The notes under the pieces: generated by a model | What the model was told of the DNA's origin: nothing | Seen by the model: the letters and a program-made list of their open reading frames with translations, nothing else | Databases searched by the model: none | Made by a program: the position numbers and the translations under genes | Source of the DNA: Mobula hypostoma | Taxonomy: Eukaryota | Direction of reading: 5' to 3' | Assembly (NCBI RefSeq): GCF_963921235.1 | Contig: NC_086097.1 | Location: forward strand, 49,106,001 to 49,170,000 | Length of the DNA stretch: 64,000 nucleotides | Shown: positions 62,655 through 64,000 of the stretch, piece after piece | How positions within the stretch are numbered: position 1 is the stretch's first letter | Layout of the letters: each line of letters opens with the position of its first letter

Positions 62655-63165
62655 ATCTGAGCAATTTTGGGCCTCATATTTAATGAGAAATACGGTAGCC
62701 CTGGAGAGTCTCCAGAGGAGGTTCTCAAGAATAATCACAGAAATAAACGGCCCCATATGAAGGACATTTCATGTCTCTAAGGCTGTACTCAATGGAATTC
62801 AGATGGATGAGGGGTTGGGATCTCTTTCTAACCTATTGGATAATGAAAGGCCTGGATAGAATGGTACAGAGAGAGGTTATTTCTATTAGGATGAGAGTCA
62901 AGGATATGAGATTACACTCTAAAATAAAAGAATGTTCCTTTAAAACTGAGATGAGGAGGAATTTTTTCACTTAGAAGGTGGTGAATCAGTGGAATTTGTT
63001 GCCATAGAGGAATGAGGGTATATTTAAGACAGAGATTGAAAAGTTCTTGATTGGAAAAAGGGTTAAAACATTTACATGGGTTGAAAATCAAACAGCCAGG
63101 ATTGAATGATGAGAAACTCGATGAGCCAAATGGGCTAACTGTGCTGTGATATCTTATGGTCTTAA
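62655..63165 (+). mobile_element. Degraded CR1 3' fragment
   Basis: 'LYSMEFRWMRG...FKTEMRRNFFT'. Confidence 0.75.
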
Positions 63166-63793
63166 AAACATGGGGATAAAAGAGTTGCAATATTAAAAAT
63201 CAGGTGAAATTATTCTCCATTGACAACAATTTGTGTTAGTGTAGCATCAAACATCAGGGTTAAAGTGAAGTCCACCGACTATATAGAGGAAAACACTTCA
63301 GTGGTTGGAGTTATAACTTCTTAAACATTCATTCTCTCCACCACCACCAGATCATGGCCATAGTTCCTCATTCCTTTATGGCAACAATGCATGGCATCTG
63401 GAAAATATGCTTAGTTACTTCCCTTGATCCCTCTACCATCAAGCATGAGGACTTCAGGCACAACTAAAAAACACTATAAGCAGAATCTGTTTCAAATCAT
63501 ACACTATTCTGAACGCTCATGGTCTTTAGTCAGAGCTGGGTCAGTATCCTACAACACTCCACCAAGTAGCATTTTGGAAATTACTTCAGCAGAATGAATG
63601 CAACAATTCAAGAAGATGACTCACTACAAACTTTTCAAAGGCACTTGAGAGGCGGATGATAAATGCTGGCTTTGCTAACAACAACCCTCTCCTGGAAGTA
63701 TAGATGCATTGAAGTATCTTAGTTTGTTTGAAAGCTTTGAAATAAATTAGATTGTTAGTAATAACATGTAAACATTACTCAGGAGTGGTAGAA

Positions 63794-64000
63794 CAGGGGT
63801 CCCCAAACTTTTTTGCGCGCGGACGGTTTAATATTGACAATATTCTTGCGGACCGGCTGACCCGGCGGGGTGGGGTTGCCAATGGACAAGAGTAGTAGTC
63901 AAATGCGTTGCGTTTACACCGATAAAAACTACAATGATCATGAAGCCTTGCGCGGGCACCAGTGCGCATGTGTGTACCTGCCGACTTTTCTCCTGCAAAT
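63794..64000. mobile_element. Second copy of the hAT family seen at 4661-5766 (runs off the window)
   Basis: Starts CAGGGGTCCCCAAAC; shares 'atattgacaatattcttgcggaccggc' and 'catgaagccttgcgc.ggcaccagtgcgca' with the first copy and has about 60 bp extra. Confidence 0.85.

Overview
AT-rich, repeat-dense vertebrate genomic DNA. The repeat content (CR1, Rex1/Babar, Penelope-like, V-SINE/HE1-like, Tc1, hAT) suggests a cartilaginous fish, probably a ray; this is inference only. Two host genes lie head-to-tail on the minus strand. (1) The 3' part of a kinesin-3 KIF28-like gene: 15 coding exons reconstructed by hand between 61521 and 11778. All are GT-AG and phase-compatible, giving 1937 nt with no internal stop. 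They encode the post-motor coiled coil, the FHA domain, the kinesin-3 'DPFWDP' region and the C-terminal coils; the motor exons must lie beyond the window. (2) Coding exon 1 and the CpG-rich promoter of a TMEM179-family gene (8269-7968). The most unusual feature is at 12606-12798: a short Penelope-like insertion flanked by a 13-bp direct repeat contains a 99-nt copy of the kinesin terminal exon, creating a candidate in-frame 168-nt cassette exon. It belongs to a family of small, mostly palindromic Penelope-derived elements with degenerate hammerhead-ribozyme cores. Other notable items: two inverted Rex1 copies sharing a frameshift and bracketing four exons, a two-right-ends palindromic Tc1, nested hAT/CR1 insertions, and non-coding elements that start with a YY1-like motif. 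Coordinates were read by eye; repeat boundaries are approximate unless a TSD or TIR is quoted.
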